In this document: piece after piece, positions 1 to 8,594 of the stretch
Numbering within the stretch: position 1 is the first letter of the stretch
Layout of the letters: each line of letters begins with the position of its first letter
Made by a program: the position numbers and the translations under genes
The notes under the pieces: model-generated
Databases searched by the model: none
The model's input: the letters and a program-made list of their open reading frames with translations, nothing else
Told to the model about the DNA's origin: nothing
NCBI GenBank assembly: GCA_017937305.1
Contig: JAGBDV010000010.1
Coordinates: 5,802 to 69,801 of the forward strand
DNA from: Bacilli bacterium
Lineage (GTDB): Bacteria > Bacillota_I > Bacilli_A > ML615J-28 > CAG-313
Length of the DNA stretch: 64,000 nucleotides
Direction of reading: 5' to 3'

Positions 1-1
1 T

Positions 2-1051
2 GTTTGTGCATTAATTTCATTAATATATGGAATTATTACTGTAACATCAAATAATCTAAATGGTATTAGAATTTTTAATTCTAATGCCTCTTCTTATATC
101 TTAATAGGAGTAAGTGCTCTTTTAATAATTTTAGAAACAATTTTCATTACTGTTTATAAAAAGCAATTAATTAAAAGAATATTTTATGTAATTGCAATAT
201 TATTATTTTGTTTAGTTGTCGCAGATTTTTTAATCCTTGGTATCGTTAGAAACTTTATTACAGCTTCTAACCTTACTAAAAGACCGTCTTCACTTGACCC
301 CCTTGGTGTAAGACTTGCATATATTTGTATCAAAAACTATACATCAATATTAAAAGGGGTATGGACAACATTATGGCTAAGTATGGCAGGTACAGTTGTA
401 GGTTTAATTTTAGGTTTATTATTCATAACACTTAGAACACTTGAAGTAACACCTAAAGATAATGAATTCGTTGCTTTCTTAAAGAAAATTGCTAATATAT
501 TTGTACAAACTTATGTTACTGTTTTTAGAGGAACACCAATGATGGTTCAAGCTATTATTATCTATTATTTCTTACCTGGAATCCTATCTGGTATCTTTAA
601 TGTTGATCAAAATATCCTAAATCAAATATTATCTGTAGGTGTAGCAGGATTTATTACAGTTAGTTTAAATACAACTGCATACTTAACTGAAGTTCTTCGT
701 GGTGGTATTGAAGCTTTAAGTAAAGGACAAATGGAAGCTGCTAGAAGTCTTGGTATGACTCGTGCTCAAGCAATGATTCATATCATTCTTCCACAAGGTA
801 TTAAAAACTCCCTTCCTGCTATTTGTAATGAATTTATTATTAATATTAAAGATACATCAGTACTAAGTGTTATTAGTGTAATGGATTTATTCTTTGTAAT
901 TGATGCAATAAATGGTAAAAACGCAAGTAACGATGCAATATTCATTGCAGCAATCATTTACTTATGTTTAACATTTGGTATTTCAAAATTACTTGGCTTA
1001 CTAGAAAAGAAAATGAATCTAGTATCTAAACCACTTCCAAGTTCTAATTAG
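2..1051 (+). CDS. Polar amino-acid ABC transporter permease, 5'-truncated by the window edge, with extra N-terminal TM segments
   Basis: The frame is open from nt 2, upstream of the listed ATG at 383. The C-terminal half has the His/Glu/Gln/Arg-type permease core (FRGTPMMVQ..., [12 protein letters not shown] loop). An ABC ATPase follows 9 nt downstream. Confidence 0.8.
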   Translation, partial: VCALISLIYGIITVTSNNLNGIRIFNSNASSYILIGVSALLIILETIFITVYKKQLIKRIFYVIAILLFCLVVADFLILGIVRNFITASNLTKRPSSLDPLGVRLAYICIKNYTSILKGVWTTLWLSMAGTVVGLILGLLFITLRTLEVTPKDNEFVAFLKKIANIFVQTYVTVFRGTPMMVQAIIIYYFLPGILSGIFNVDQNILNQILSVGVAGFITVSLNTTAYLTEVLRGGIEALSKGQMEAARSLGMTRAQAMIHIILPQGIKNSLPAICNEFIINIKDTSVLSVISVMDLFFVIDAINGKNASNDAIFIAAIIYLCLTFGISKLLGLLEKKMNLVSKPLPSSN

Positions 1052-1059
1052 GTGATATT

Positions 1060-1800
1060 ATGAATGAAAAAATAATTCAAATTAAAAACTTATATAAACA
1101 CTTTGGTAAATTAGAAGTTCTAAAAGGAGTAGACCTAGACATCTATAAAGGTGAAGTAGTTTCAATCATTGGTTCTTCTGGAAGTGGTAAAAGTACATTA
1201 CTTAGATGCATTAACTTACTAGAGTATCCTACAAGCGGGAATATCTATTTTGAAGATATCGATATCGTAGATAAAAAAACAAATACTGACAAAATCAGAA
1301 GAGAAATCGGTATGGTATTCCAATCATTTAATTTATTTGAAAACATGAATGTTTTAGATAACTGTACAATTTCTCAAATAAAAGTTTTAAAAAGAACTAA
1401 AACTGAAGCTGAACAAATTGCAAAGAATTATCTAGAACAAGTTGGATTAATAGATTTTATCTACGCTGATACAAAGAGCCTATCAGGTGGTCAAAAACAA
1501 AGAGTTGCTATAGCGAGAGCTCTTTGTATGAATCCTAAAGTAATTTTATTTGATGAACCTACAAGCGCATTAGACCCAGAGATGGTTGGTGAAGTACTTG
1601 ACATCATCAAAAGTTTAAAATCTCTTGGTATGACACTTATTATCGTAACTCATGAAATGGCTTTTGCTAAAGAAATTAGTGATCGAGTTATCTTTATGGC
1701 TGATGGCGTAATTGCTGAAATTGGAAACAAATCAGAACTATTTGATAACCCTAAAGAACAAAGAACAAAAGAGTTCTTAAGAAGATTTATAAATCAATAG
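1060..1800 (+). CDS. Polar amino-acid ABC transporter ATP-binding protein (GlnQ-like)
   Basis: Walker [10 protein letters not shown], signature LSGGQKQR, Walker [13 protein letters not shown]-loop VTHEM. Confidence 0.9.
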   Translation: MNEKIIQIKNLYKHFGKLEVLKGVDLDIYKGEVVSIIGSSGSGKSTLLRCINLLEYPTSGNIYFEDIDIVDKKTNTDKIRREIGMVFQSFNLFENMNVLDNCTISQIKVLKRTKTEAEQIAKNYLEQVGLIDFIYADTKSLSGGQKQRVAIARALCMNPKVILFDEPTSALDPEMVGEVLDIIKSLKSLGMTLIIVTHEMAFAKEISDRVIFMADGVIAEIGNKSELFDNPKEQRTKEFLRRFINQ

Positions 1801-1810
1801 ATTAAATATA

Positions 1811-1848
1811 AAAACTACTGTTTCAAGTAATGAAACAGTAGTTTTTTT
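1811..1848. terminator. Rho-independent terminator between convergent genes
   Basis: Perfect 15-bp stem aaaactactgtttca/tgaaacagtagtttt with loop agtaa, followed by a T-run. Confidence 0.7.
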
Positions 1849-1865
1849 CATATTTATTATATATA

Positions 1866-2147
1866 TTATTCTTTATTTATTTTATCAATAATGTTTTTAT
1901 ATCCACCATCACCATATCTTATACAACGTGAAACTCTACTTAAAGTTGTAGAAGATATTTTTGTTTTTTCTATTACTTTTTCATAAGTTTGATTATCAAG
2001 TAAAAAAATAGCAGCTTTTAATCTTTGATCTAACTTTTCTAGTTCCTGAATTGTACAAATATCATTTAAGAAAGCAATACATTCTTCTTCTGTTTCGATT
2101 GAAAGAATTGCATCAATTAAATCTTTTGATGGAGTTTTATTATTCAT
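1866..2147 (-). CDS. YerC/YecD-type TrpR-related small DNA-binding protein
   Basis: 93 aa. The pattern ...QELEKLDQRLKAA...TYEKV..KTKISSTTLSRVSRCIRYGDGGY is typical of the TrpR-like YerC/YecD family. It overlaps the upstream ATPase gene by 8 nt. Confidence 0.7.
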   Translation of the reverse strand: MNNKTPSKDLIDAILSIETEEECIAFLNDICTIQELEKLDQRLKAAIFLLDNQTYEKVIEKTKISSTTLSRVSRCIRYGDGGYKNIIDKINKE

Positions 2148-2898
2148 GATAATTCACCTTTTCTTCAATTATTTTTCCTTGATCCATCACTATAATCTTA
2201 TCAGCAACTTGCATTGCGAAATCAATCTCATGAGTGATAATAATCATTGTTTGTTTCTTATTTTTCAGTTCATTTATTACTGATATAACTTCTTTTGTTA
2301 AACTAGGATCAAGTGCACTAGTAGGTTCATCAAAACAAAGAACTTTGGGGTTTAAGATTAAAGCTCGCGCAATTGCAGTACGTTGTTGCTCTCCCCATGA
2401 TAACTGATAAGGATAACTATTAAGTTTATCTCCTAAATCTAAATCATTTAAAATCTTTGAAGCTTTAATAAAAACTTCTTCTTCTAGTTTTTTACTAAAA
2501 TCTAAAACTTCTTTTCTATTTTTAATTTTTCTTCTATATTCAGCTATTTTCTTTTTATTATTTAGTTTTAAAGCTAAAGTAACATTATCTAATACTGTAT
2601 ATTGAGGAAATAAATTAAAAGATTGAAAAACAAGCCCTATTAACTTATGTCTTTTTTGTAATTCCTTATTTGAGATTACTGGTTCATTTGAATTATACAC
2701 TATTTCCCCGTCAATGTCAAGTCTGCCGCTATTAGGCAAATCAAGTAGATTTATATTTCTAAGTAAAGTTGTTTTACCTGCACCACTTTTTCCAAGGATT
2801 ACTAAAACCTCGCCTTGTTCTAATTTAAAGTTTATATCTTGTATAATAAATTTATTATTAATAGACTTTGAAAAATTTGATACTTCTATATAACTCAT
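2140..2898 (-). CDS. Amino-acid-type ABC transporter ATP-binding protein with atypical signature motif
   Basis: Walker A GKSGAGKTT, Q-loop VFQSFNLFP, Walker [13 protein letters not shown]-loop ITHE. The signature reads LSWGEQQR instead of LSGGQ. Confidence 0.85.
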   Translation of the reverse strand: MSYIEVSNFSKSINNKFIIQDINFKLEQGEVLVILGKSGAGKTTLLRNINLLDLPNSGRLDIDGEIVYNSNEPVISNKELQKRHKLIGLVFQSFNLFPQYTVLDNVTLALKLNNKKKIAEYRRKIKNRKEVLDFSKKLEEEVFIKASKILNDLDLGDKLNSYPYQLSWGEQQRTAIARALILNPKVLCFDEPTSALDPSLTKEVISVINELKNKKQTMIIITHEIDFAMQVADKIIVMDQGKIIEEKVNYHE

Positions 2899-2908
2899 AC
2901 ATTTACCT

Positions 2909-3556
2909 CTACTTATAATAGTTTAAACTATTTTCCAATTTTTCAAATATTTTAGTAAGTATTGCGCTAAAGAATAAATAAAAAACACCAGTATATAATA
3001 ATGGCCAAAGAATACCATTAGTTGCCATAATCTCTTCTGCTGCTTGAATTAATTCTTCCATCGCAATAACTCTTGCTAAAGATGTGTCTTTTACTAAAGT
3101 AATTATTTCATTTGAAATTGCAGGCAAAATTCTTTTAAACACTTGTGGAAAAATAATTTTAAAAAAAGTTTCACTCTTACTTAGTCCTAGAACATATCCT
3201 GCTTCATATTGTCCTTTTGCAATACTTTCTATTCCACCTCGATATATTTCAGAAAAATAGCAAGCATAATTTATTACAAATGCAATGATAACAGCACCAA
3301 ATCTAAAGTTTCTAATTGATAAATTTAACCAAAGTCCAGGACCATAATATACAATTATCACTTGAAGTAATAAAGGAGTACCCCTAATAATCCATACAAT
3401 TTTACGAACTATTTCTTTTAATATTTTAATTTTACTCATAGAACCAAATGTAACAAGAAGTCCTAATGGTAATGATAAAATTAAAACTATACAAAAAATT
3501 AAAACTGTTTTACCAAATCCCATTAGTAAATCTAACGTTACATTTATAAATTCCAT
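2909..3556 (-). CDS. Amino-acid ABC transporter permease
   Basis: Carries IRGTPLLLQ and the EAA-loop region YEAGYVLGLSK, and is multi-TM. It lies between the binding-protein and ATPase genes. Confidence 0.85.
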   Translation of the reverse strand: MEFINVTLDLLMGFGKTVLIFCIVLILSLPLGLLVTFGSMSKIKILKEIVRKIVWIIRGTPLLLQVIIVYYGPGLWLNLSIRNFRFGAVIIAFVINYACYFSEIYRGGIESIAKGQYEAGYVLGLSKSETFFKIIFPQVFKRILPAISNEIITLVKDTSLARVIAMEELIQAAEEIMATNGILWPLLYTGVFYLFFSAILTKIFEKLENSLNYYK

Positions 3557-3570
3557 AATCTTAATTTCCT

Positions 3571-4398
3571 CTATTTATCAACTACACATAATTGCCCTGC
3601 ACTACCTTTTTCAACTACAATTGTAGCTTCAGACATATCGTTAGTTGTTTTATATTTTAAAGCATCTTCTACTCTAATTACAGCAACTTGTTTGTTCTTT
3701 AAATAAGGAATTGTTAAAGATGTATTTTCTTTTAATTCATCTGTAATTGTCATTCCATTCCAAATAACATCAATTGCCCCACTTTCAAGTTCAAATACTT
3801 TTGTATCCCAATTAATTAATTGGAATTTAACTTCAACACCAAGTTTGTTGCAAACAGCTTTAGCTAGATCCACATCGAACCCTATTAATTCATTTTCTTC
3901 TTCATAAGCAATAGGAGCAAATATTGTATAACCAATTACTAAAGTTCCACTATTAATTATTTTATCAAAATCACTCTTTCCAGTTTCATCACTTAAATCG
4001 ATATTTGTATTTTCATCTATTGCTAGAGAATCTATTAATCCATATTTATTTGCAATGTCTTGAACGGTACCATCAATATATAAATCAATAATTGTTTTAC
4101 TGATCATTTTAGCAGTATATGCACCATCTTTTCTTGCTGCAATACCATATTTTTCATCAGTTAATTCTAAATCAGGTATAATCATTAACTTATCAGAATA
4201 TTGTTTATTAATATAATATCCAGCCATTATAGAATCCATTACACCTACATCGCTATTTTTAGATTGTAATTCTGTTAAAATATCAATCATTCCATCAACT
4301 TTTACTAGTTCTTTTCCAAAATTTAATTTCTCTTTACTACATCCTGAAACTAATAACCCAAAGATTATAGCAATCATTACTGTTAAAATTTTTTTCAT
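3571..4398 (-). CDS. Family-3 solute-binding lipoprotein, circularly permuted
   Basis: Start re-set to ATG 4398 (MKKILTV..., RBS AAAGGAAA). Lipobox LLVSGC. The canonical N-lobe sequence (GTLVIGYT.FAP..Y....LIGFDVDLAKAV...GMTITDE) is in the C-terminal half. The canonical C-lobe sequence (DVGVMDS..AGYY...KYGIAARKDG...DGT...I..KYG) is in the N-terminal half. Confidence 0.8.
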   Translation of the reverse strand: MKKILTVMIAIIFGLLVSGCSKEKLNFGKELVKVDGMIDILTELQSKNSDVGVMDSIMAGYYINKQYSDKLMIIPDLELTDEKYGIAARKDGAYTAKMISKTIIDLYIDGTVQDIANKYGLIDSLAIDENTNIDLSDETGKSDFDKIINSGTLVIGYTIFAPIAYEEENELIGFDVDLAKAVCNKLGVEVKFQLINWDTKVFELESGAIDVIWNGMTITDELKENTSLTIPYLKNKQVAVIRVEDALKYKTTNDMSEATIVVEKGSAGQLCVVDK

Positions 4399-4437
4399 AA
4401 TATCATTTCCTTTCAATTTATACCATCATTATACTTT

Positions 4438-4461
4438 ATTACTTTACTGAAGTAAAGTAAT
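4438..4461. promoter_or_regulatory. 24-bp perfect palindrome ATTACTTTACT-GA-AGTAAAGTAAT, a candidate operator
   Basis: Read directly. It lies ~40 nt upstream of the binding-protein start and next to a TATAAT hexamer on the minus strand. AAGTAAT half-site repeats follow (aagtaataaagtaataaa). Confidence 0.4.
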
Positions 4462-4481
4462 AAAGTAATAAAAACGTTTAC

Positions 4482-4516
4482 AAAAAAAATTAAGGAACAT
4501 GTTTAGTCCCTTAATT
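4482..4516 (-). terminator. Putative terminator after the kinase-like gene
   Basis: 8-bp stem aattaagg/ccttaatt followed by a T8 run on the minus strand. The stem is AT-rich with a 13-nt loop. Confidence 0.45.
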
Positions 4517-4525
4517 AATGTTTTT

Positions 4526-5368
4526 TTATATTAACTCGTTTGCTTTAGATAGGTAATAATAATATCTTTCATCTTTTTTTAGATTGTATTTATTGTAAAC
4601 ATAAATCCATTCAGTATATTCAAAAAATAAAAATAACTCTAAATCATGAAGAAATTCATCATAACTAATATTTAATAATGATACAAAATTGTCATAATAA
4701 TATTTAATTAATTCTTGTTTAATATTTTCTTCTAAATAAAATAAATATCCTGTTTCTTCTTTATAATGAGCGATAAACCTTGAAAACATTGTTAGATATG
4801 GTAAATACCCAACATTTTCTAAATCAATTAAATATGCTTTATTATTAGATATAATCATATTAAAAGGAAGTAAATCATTATGACATACAGTTTTGATACT
4901 TGTTTTGTATACTTCAATGAATTCATTATATTTATTTTTTAACCTTTCATCAAGAAGGTAATCAAATCGTTTATTAATTCTATTTAATTCATCTTCAAAA
5001 CTATCCGATAATTCGATTTCTTTATTTAAGTAAGCTTTTTGTACCTCTATTATTGTATCTAATCCAATAATATTTTTATCTAGTGAACCGTTTCTTAAAT
5101 CACTACCATCAATATATTCTAATAATATATAAATTTTATTATAGTATTTAGTATATCCATAAAATTTAGGAATACAAGAACTTTTTAAATTATTATAATT
5201 GTTTAATTCATTTTCAGTACATTGTTTTAATATATACTTTGAATCAAGAGTAACTACTTTCCAAACATTATAATAACCACTACCTTCTTCATTTTGGATT
5301 TGGTTTATATCTAAAATATTTAAATTTTTAATTTTATTTACTGTTTTTATTAATGTTTTTTGTTGCAT
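4526..5368 (-). CDS. APH/choline-kinase/CotS-like phosphotransferase
   Basis: Catalytic-loop-like CHNDLLPFNMII (HxDxxxxN) followed by YLIDLENVGY (DxE/D metal site). Confidence 0.6.
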   Translation of the reverse strand: MQQKTLIKTVNKIKNLNILDINQIQNEEGSGYYNVWKVVTLDSKYILKQCTENELNNYNNLKSSCIPKFYGYTKYYNKIYILLEYIDGSDLRNGSLDKNIIGLDTIIEVQKAYLNKEIELSDSFEDELNRINKRFDYLLDERLKNKYNEFIEVYKTSIKTVCHNDLLPFNMIISNNKAYLIDLENVGYLPYLTMFSRFIAHYKEETGYLFYLEENIKQELIKYYYDNFVSLLNISYDEFLHDLELFLFFEYTEWIYVYNKYNLKKDERYYYYLSKANELI

Positions 5369-5384
5369 ATAATACCTTTAAACC

Positions 5385-5418
5385 AAAAGAACGATTACTT
5401 TTTTATAATCGTTCTTTT
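5385..5418 (-). terminator. Putative terminator downstream of miaB
   Basis: 13-bp stem aaaagaacgatta/taatcgttctttt. Confidence 0.5.
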
Positions 5419-5429
5419 TTATTTAATTT

Positions 5430-6875
5430 CTATTTTACTAATTCACCAAGTAAATGCCAAGAATAAGCTTTAATAATTTTAACATTTACTAAATCACCAA
5501 CTAAAGCATTAGGAGCTTCGAAATTTACTAACATATTATGAGGAGTATATCCTGTCATCATATTAGGATTATTTTTACTTGGTCCATCAACTAATACTTC
5601 AACAACTTCTCCTTCAAAACGAAGTCTACCTTTTAAGAAACCATCATTAATTCTTTCATTTAATTGATTTAATCTTTGATGTTTTTCTTCTTCAGTTAAT
5701 AAGTTCTCGTATGTAGCAGCAGGTGTTCCTTCACGTGGTGAATAAATAAATGTATAAGCTCCTTCGTAACCAACTTCATCAACTAAAGAAAGTGTATCAA
5801 GAAATTCTTCTTTAGTTTCACCAGGAAATGCTACAATAATATCAGTAGTAATACTAATACCAGGAACTTTTTCTTTTAATTTCTTAATTTTATCTAAATA
5901 ATCTTCACGAGTATATTTACGATTCATCGCTTTTAATACTCTATTATTTCCAGATTGAACAGGTAAGTGAAGATGAGGCATAATGTTACCACCTAGTGCC
6001 ATTGCATCAATAGTCGCATCATCTAAATCTCTTGGATGAGATGTAGTAAAGCGTACTCGCTTGATCGCAAGTTTATTTAAGTCTTTTAAAAGATCCGCGA
6101 ATGTATAATTTAGATCTTTTAAATCTTTACCATAGGCATTAACATTTTGTCCAAGTAATGTTACTTCAACATAACCTTGCTTGATAAGTTCTTTTACTTC
6201 ATTTAAAATTGCTTCTGGACGACGTGATCTTTCTTTACCCCTTGTGTAAGGCACGATACAATAAGTACAGAACTCATCACATCCATACATAATATTCACC
6301 CAAGCTTTTTTAGGATGATCTCTTTTTACAGGAACATCTTCATAGATATGTCCTTCAATAGATAATACTTCTAAAGTTTTTTGTTGTTCTTCGATTGCGT
6401 TAAACAAGAACTTTGGAAGTTCTGCAATATTATGTGTTCCAAAAACGATATTAATATGTGGAAAAGTCTTCTTAATCTTATTTACAGTGCGTTCTTCTTG
6501 TGGCATACATCCACAAATACCTATTAGCATATTTGGATTCTTTTTTCTAAATTTTTCAAATCTACCAATTTCTCCAAACACTCTTTCTTCAGCATTTTCT
6601 CTAATTGCACATGTATTAAAAAGAACAAAATCAGCATTTAATTCATCATTTGTTTCAACGTATCCCATCATTTCTAAGATGCCCGCAATCTTTTCACTAT
6701 CTGCAAGATTACCTTGGCAACCATAAGTTTTTAGTAAATACTTTTTACCTGCGCCTAGATTTATATATTTAGGCTCTAATATAAAGTTATTTATTAAAAC
6801 TTCTGCTCCTCTTCTTTTACGAGCTTCTTTTATTGATGGTTCTATTGCGTTTATATAATTTATATCTTTCTTCAT
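5430..6875 (-). CDS. miaB: tRNA-2-methylthio-N6-dimethylallyladenosine synthase (radical-SAM methylthiotransferase)
   Basis: N-terminal UPF0004 Cys pattern (TYGCQGN, NTCAIRE, CGC), radical-SAM CDEFCTYCIVP, C-terminal TRAM-like tail. Confidence 0.9.
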   Translation of the reverse strand: MKKDINYINAIEPSIKEARKRRGAEVLINNFILEPKYINLGAGKKYLLKTYGCQGNLADSEKIAGILEMMGYVETNDELNADFVLFNTCAIRENAEERVFGEIGRFEKFRKKNPNMLIGICGCMPQEERTVNKIKKTFPHINIVFGTHNIAELPKFLFNAIEEQQKTLEVLSIEGHIYEDVPVKRDHPKKAWVNIMYGCDEFCTYCIVPYTRGKERSRRPEAILNEVKELIKQGYVEVTLLGQNVNAYGKDLKDLNYTFADLLKDLNKLAIKRVRFTTSHPRDLDDATIDAMALGGNIMPHLHLPVQSGNNRVLKAMNRKYTREDYLDKIKKLKEKVPGISITTDIIVAFPGETKEEFLDTLSLVDEVGYEGAYTFIYSPREGTPAATYENLLTEEEKHQRLNQLNERINDGFLKGRLRFEGEVVEVLVDGPSKNNPNMMTGYTPHNMLVNFEAPNALVGDLVNVKIIKAYSWHLLGELVK

Positions 6876-6888
6876 ATAATTATTCTTT

Positions 6889-7446
6889 CTAATGGTTTTT
6901 AATAAAATCTCGATATTCTTCTACAGTTATACCATACACTACCTTATCAAAGATAACACCATCATATCTGATATAACCATTTCTTTGAACTCCCTCACGA
7001 GTCATTCCAAGTTTTTCACAAACTCTTTGACTTTGATAATTATCAAGGAAAGTCCCAGCTTCAATTCTCTTTAGTTCAAGATTATCGAAGCCAAATTCTA
7101 ATACTTTTAAGCCTGCTTCAGTTACTAATCCTTGACCCCAATATGCGGGATTTAAAGCATAACCAAGCTCTGCTTTAAAGTTAGGAATATAATTATAAAG
7201 TTCAATTGTGCCAATCATTTTATTTGTATTTTTATCAACAATAGCCCAATTGCCAAGTTCATATTGTGGTTTAAATAAAACCATGTTACGTAAAATTGTA
7301 AATGTTTCATTTAAATTAATATGTGGTGCCCATCCTGCTTTCGGACCAACAAGATTTGTTTTGGCATATTCATACATATCTTCTGCATCACTTACTGCAA
7401 GTGGACGAATTATAAGTCTTTTAGTATATAAAGTTGGTAAGTTCAT
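6889..7446 (-). CDS. GNAT N-acetyltransferase (RimJ/RimL-like)
   Basis: Carries LYTKRLIIRPL..., GYALNP.YWGQG and the acetyl-CoA pocket pattern Q.VCEKLGM..EG. Confidence 0.8.
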   Translation of the reverse strand: MNLPTLYTKRLIIRPLAVSDAEDMYEYAKTNLVGPKAGWAPHINLNETFTILRNMVLFKPQYELGNWAIVDKNTNKMIGTIELYNYIPNFKAELGYALNPAYWGQGLVTEAGLKVLEFGFDNLELKRIEAGTFLDNYQSQRVCEKLGMTREGVQRNGYIRYDGVIFDKVVYGITVEEYRDFIKNH

Positions 7447-7461
7447 AATTAATTCCTCTAG

Positions 7462-7489
7462 TTTTTAAAAAAGTTGGCATTGCCAACTT
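7462..7489 (-). terminator. spoVS terminator
   Basis: Stem aagttggc/gccaactt overlaps the stop codon and is followed by a T6 run on the minus strand. Confidence 0.6.
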
Positions 7490-7751
7490 ATTTTCTTGCT
7501 TCAACAATAAGTTTAATAGCTGTGCGTTCTTCTCCATCAATAATAATATCACTAAATGCTGGAACGCAAACCAAATCCTTTCCTGTTGGTGCAACATATC
7601 CTCTTGCTATAGCAATAGCTTTAATTGCTTGATTTAAAGATCCTGCTCCAACTGCTTGAATTTCAACAGTTGGTCGTTCACGAAATGCATTAGCAAGTGC
7701 TCCTGCAACTGAACTTGGTTTTGATTTAGATGAAACTTTTAATACTTCCAT
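7488..7751 (-). CDS. spoVS: Stage V sporulation protein S
   Basis: 87 aa: MEVLKVSSKS.P..VAGALA......VEIQAVGAGSLNQA.KAIAIARG, a highly characteristic SpoVS sequence. It shows the conserved rny-ymdB-spoVS order. Confidence 0.9.
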   Translation of the reverse strand: MEVLKVSSKSKPSSVAGALANAFRERPTVEIQAVGAGSLNQAIKAIAIARGYVAPTGKDLVCVPAFSDIIIDGEERTAIKLIVEARK

Positions 7752-7802
7752 TTTTATGGTACCCCCTAGTAAATTTATTTTGCATATTTTTGCCTTACAA
7801 AT

Positions 7803-8579
7803 TTATTCTACCATATTTATAATGTCATATTTTGTCACTTTACGCGATTTTTCATCAATATCAACAACTAAACCACAGAATTGTTTTAATCCTTTTTCCA
7901 TTGGGTTATGTCTAACAGGCATCCCAGTTAAGAACTTCTTTATAATGCCTTCTTTTTCAACACCAATTACACCATCAAGTGCCCCAGTCATTCCAAGGTC
8001 TGTCATATACATTGTACCATTACTTAATACTCTTGCATCATTTGTTTGAACATGAGTATGAGTACCAACAATAATATTAACTCTTCCATCAAAATGATAT
8101 CCATATGCAATCTTTTCACTTGTTGCTTCACCATGGAAATCACAAATATAAATATCACTTTTAACTTCTTTTAATAACTTTTCAGTAGCTTGAAATGGAC
8201 AATCAAGTGCTTGATTCATAAATGTTCTTCCCATTACTTGGAATACTGTAATAGTTGTTTGATTATATTTTACTGTAACATAACCCACACCAGGTGTTCC
8301 TTCTGGGTAGTTAAGTGGTCTTACTAATACTTTTGCATCATTAATAAACTTAAAGATCTCAGCATTACCCCAAGTATGATTCCCCATTGTTACAACATTA
8401 ACATGTTGATCTAGTAGAAAATGATAATATCGCTCAGTGATACCATTACCATGAGCGATATTTTCTCCATTTGCAACAATGAAATTAATATTGTACTTTT
8501 CCCTCACTTTAGGTAAATACTTTTCAACCATTAAGCGACCACTATTTGAATAAATGTCTCCAATGATTAAAATTTTCAT
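7803..8579 (-). CDS. ymdB: YmdB-type metallophosphoesterase (2',3'-cyclic-nucleotide phosphodiesterase)
   Basis: Carries MKILIIGDIY, GENIAHGNG, GNHTW and DFHGEATSEK. It sits immediately downstream of rny. Confidence 0.85.
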   Translation of the reverse strand: MKILIIGDIYSNSGRLMVEKYLPKVREKYNINFIVANGENIAHGNGITERYYHFLLDQHVNVVTMGNHTWGNAEIFKFINDAKVLVRPLNYPEGTPGVGYVTVKYNQTTITVFQVMGRTFMNQALDCPFQATEKLLKEVKSDIYICDFHGEATSEKIAYGYHFDGRVNIIVGTHTHVQTNDARVLSNGTMYMTDLGMTGALDGVIGVEKEGIIKKFLTGMPVRHNPMEKGLKQFCGLVVDIDEKSRKVTKYDIINMVE

Positions 8580-8594
8580 TTGTTTTAAATCTTT

